A stretch of 64,000 nt of DNA. Origin: an uncultured Chloroflexia bacterium (lineage in GTDB: Bacteria; Chloroflexota; Limnocylindria; Limnocylindrales; CSP1-4). The stretch covers positions 672,001 through 736,000 of the forward strand of contig CAWHXD010000008.1 of assembly GCA_963833225.1 (NCBI GenBank), read 5' to 3'. The number at the start of each line of letters is the position of its first letter. The first letter of the stretch is position 1. The notes beneath the pieces were generated by a model. It was not told the origin of the DNA and did no database searches. It saw nothing but the letters and a program-made list of their open reading frames with translations. A program made the translations under genes and the position numbers. This document shows positions 62,455-64,000 of the stretch, piece by piece.

Positions 62455-64000
62455 TCAGCCCTCTTCCGACGCGTCGGCGAGGAAGGGATTGACGGCCGTC
62501 TCCTCCTCGTCCGCCGCGGCCTCGACGGCCGTCGCGAACGGGTTGAAGTCGCCCTCGTCCTCGTCCTTGCCGGCGATCGTGGCCGCAAGCGCAAGGCCCG
62601 CGGTCTCGTCGTCGACCGGGCGCTTCCCATCCTCGAGGAACGGGTTGTACTCGGCCTCGCCGAGGCCCTCGATCGCCTCGCCGGCGAGCGCCTCGAGGGC
62701 CTCCCGGCGCTGGCGCTCCTTGAGCGCGGCGATGTTCTGCGGCGCGCCGCTCCCGGCCGGGATCAGCTTGCCGATGATCACGTTCTCCTTGAGGCCGATC
62801 AGGTGGTCCCGAGCACCGTTGATCGCGGCCTCGGTGAGCACCCGGGTGGTCTCCTGGAAGGAGGCCGCGGCCAGGAAGGAGGAGGTGTTGAGCGATGCCT
62901 TGGTCACGCCGAGGAGCACGGTCTGGGCCGTCGCCGGCTCGCCTCCCTCGGACATGACGCGGTTGTTCGCCTCCTCGAAGTCGAGGCGGTCGATCAGCTC
63001 CGTCGGCAGCTGCTCGCAGTCGCCCGGCTGGTCGATCCGGACCTTCTTGAGCATCTGGCGGACGATGATCTCGATGTGCTTGTCGTTGATCGTGACGCCC
63101 TGGCTCCGGTAGACCCGCTGGACCTCCCGGACGAGATAGCGCTGGACAGCGTCCTTGCCACGCGTCTCGAGATACTCCTGCGGGTTGATCGGGCCGTCCG
63201 TGATCGCGTCGCCGGCCCGGATCTCGGAGCCGTCGTCGACCAGCAGCTTCGCGCTGTGCGGGATCGCGTACTCGCGTTCCACGATGTCCTCGGCACGGAC
63301 GACGACGCCCAGCTCGGTTCGGGCCAGGAAACCCTTCACCGGGGCGGTGATGTCGCCACCCTCGGACCGGGCCAGCACCTGGTTGAGCTCGACCAGGTCG
63401 CCCGGCGCGGCGAGCAGCTCGGCACCTTCGTCCAGCTCGATCGGGGTGTCGAACGCCTCACGGCTCGTCACCTTGACCTTGCGGCCGGATTCGCCGTTGA
63501 TGACCTCGACGATCCCGTCGATGTGGCTGATCTCGGCCTTGCCCTTGGGGATCCGGGCCTCGAACAGCTCCTCGACTCGCGGCAGGCCCTGCGTGATGTC
63601 CTGGCCGGCAACGCCGCCGGTGTGGAACGTCCGCATCGTCAGCTGAGTGCCGGGCTCGCCGATCGACTGCGCGGCGATGATGCCCACCGCCTCGCCGATC
63701 CCGATCATCTCGCCCGTGGCGAGGTTGCGGCCGTAGCACTGGCGGCAGACGCCGTGACGCGACTCGCAGGCAAGCGGTGAGCGGACGAGCACCTCGTCCA
63801 GGCCGGCCGCATCGATGGCCCGGGCCGTCTCCTCGTCGATCATCACGTCGCGCGCGATGACCACCGGGGCGGACTGGCCCTTCTTGAGCTTGACCTTCGT
63901 GTCCAGCAGGTCGGCCGCCACGAGGCGCCCGACGAGCCGGCGCTGGAACGCCTCGGGCTCATCGGCAGATTCGGCCCGGATGATCCAGCTGCCCTCGAGC
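62455..64000 (-). CDS. rpoC: RNA polymerase beta-prime subunit, 3' part
   Basis: [45 protein letters not shown]; frame is open to the window edge. Confidence 0.99.
   Translation of the reverse strand, partial: LEGSWIIRAESADEPEAFQRRLVGRLVAADLLDTKVKLKKGQSAPVVIARDVMIDEETARAIDAAGLDEVLVRSPLACESRHGVCRQCYGRNLATGEMIGIGEAVGIIAAQSIGEPGTQLTMRTFHTGGVAGQDITQGLPRVEELFEARIPKGKAEISHIDGIVEVINGESGRKVKVTSREAFDTPIELDEGAELLAAPGDLVELNQVLARSEGGDITAPVKGFLARTELGVVVRAEDIVEREYAIPHSAKLLVDDGSEIRAGDAITDGPINPQEYLETRGKDAVQRYLVREVQRVYRSQGVTINDKHIEIIVRQMLKKVRIDQPGDCEQLPTELIDRLDFEEANNRVMSEGGEPATAQTVLLGVTKASLNTSSFLAAASFQETTRVLTEAAINGARDHLIGLKENVIIGKLIPAGSGAPQNIAALKERQRREALEALAGEAIEGLGEAEYNPFLEDGKRPVDDETAGLALAATIAGKDEDEGDFNPFATAVEAAADEEETAVNPFLADASEEG

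Overview
Very GC-rich bacterial chromosome segment that is mostly housekeeping. Protein style and gene order suggest Chloroflexota, possibly Limnocylindria/Ellin6529-like (inference; not checked against a database). The right part (about 41-64 kb, minus strand) is the 3' end of rpoC followed by an uninterrupted str-S10-spc-alpha-truA-rplM-rpsI superoperon. The middle carries argF, a TPR protein, cdaA-cdaR-glmM-glmS-acpS-nnrD-alr, a macrodomain gene, an orphan GlmL/MutL-like ASKHA protein with an uncharacterised partner, tsaE-tsaB-rimI/tsaD-rsmA-ispE-ridA-glmU-corC, and a polyprenyl synthase. The left part has a vapBC pair, glyQS, an exported Asp-box protein, an aquaporin-glpK-glpABC-panE-like-plsY cluster, an F420-type PPOX gene, recO and a TetR-regulated MBL hydrolase. 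I found no rRNA, tRNA, CRISPR array or transposase. Most interesting: (1) the GlmL-like ATPase-fold plus partner two-gene unit with no mutase nearby; (2) four 120-210-nt rod-like imperfect hairpins in intergenic gaps, two of them bracketing a lone membrane-protein gene and one sequestering its RBS; (3) a PanE-fold dehydrogenase coupled to glycerol-3-phosphate genes; (4) widespread leaderless promoters; (5) an acidic triple-NPF tail on RNA polymerase beta-prime. Several frameshifts (17.7-19.2 kb, about 24.4 kb) look like sequencing indels.
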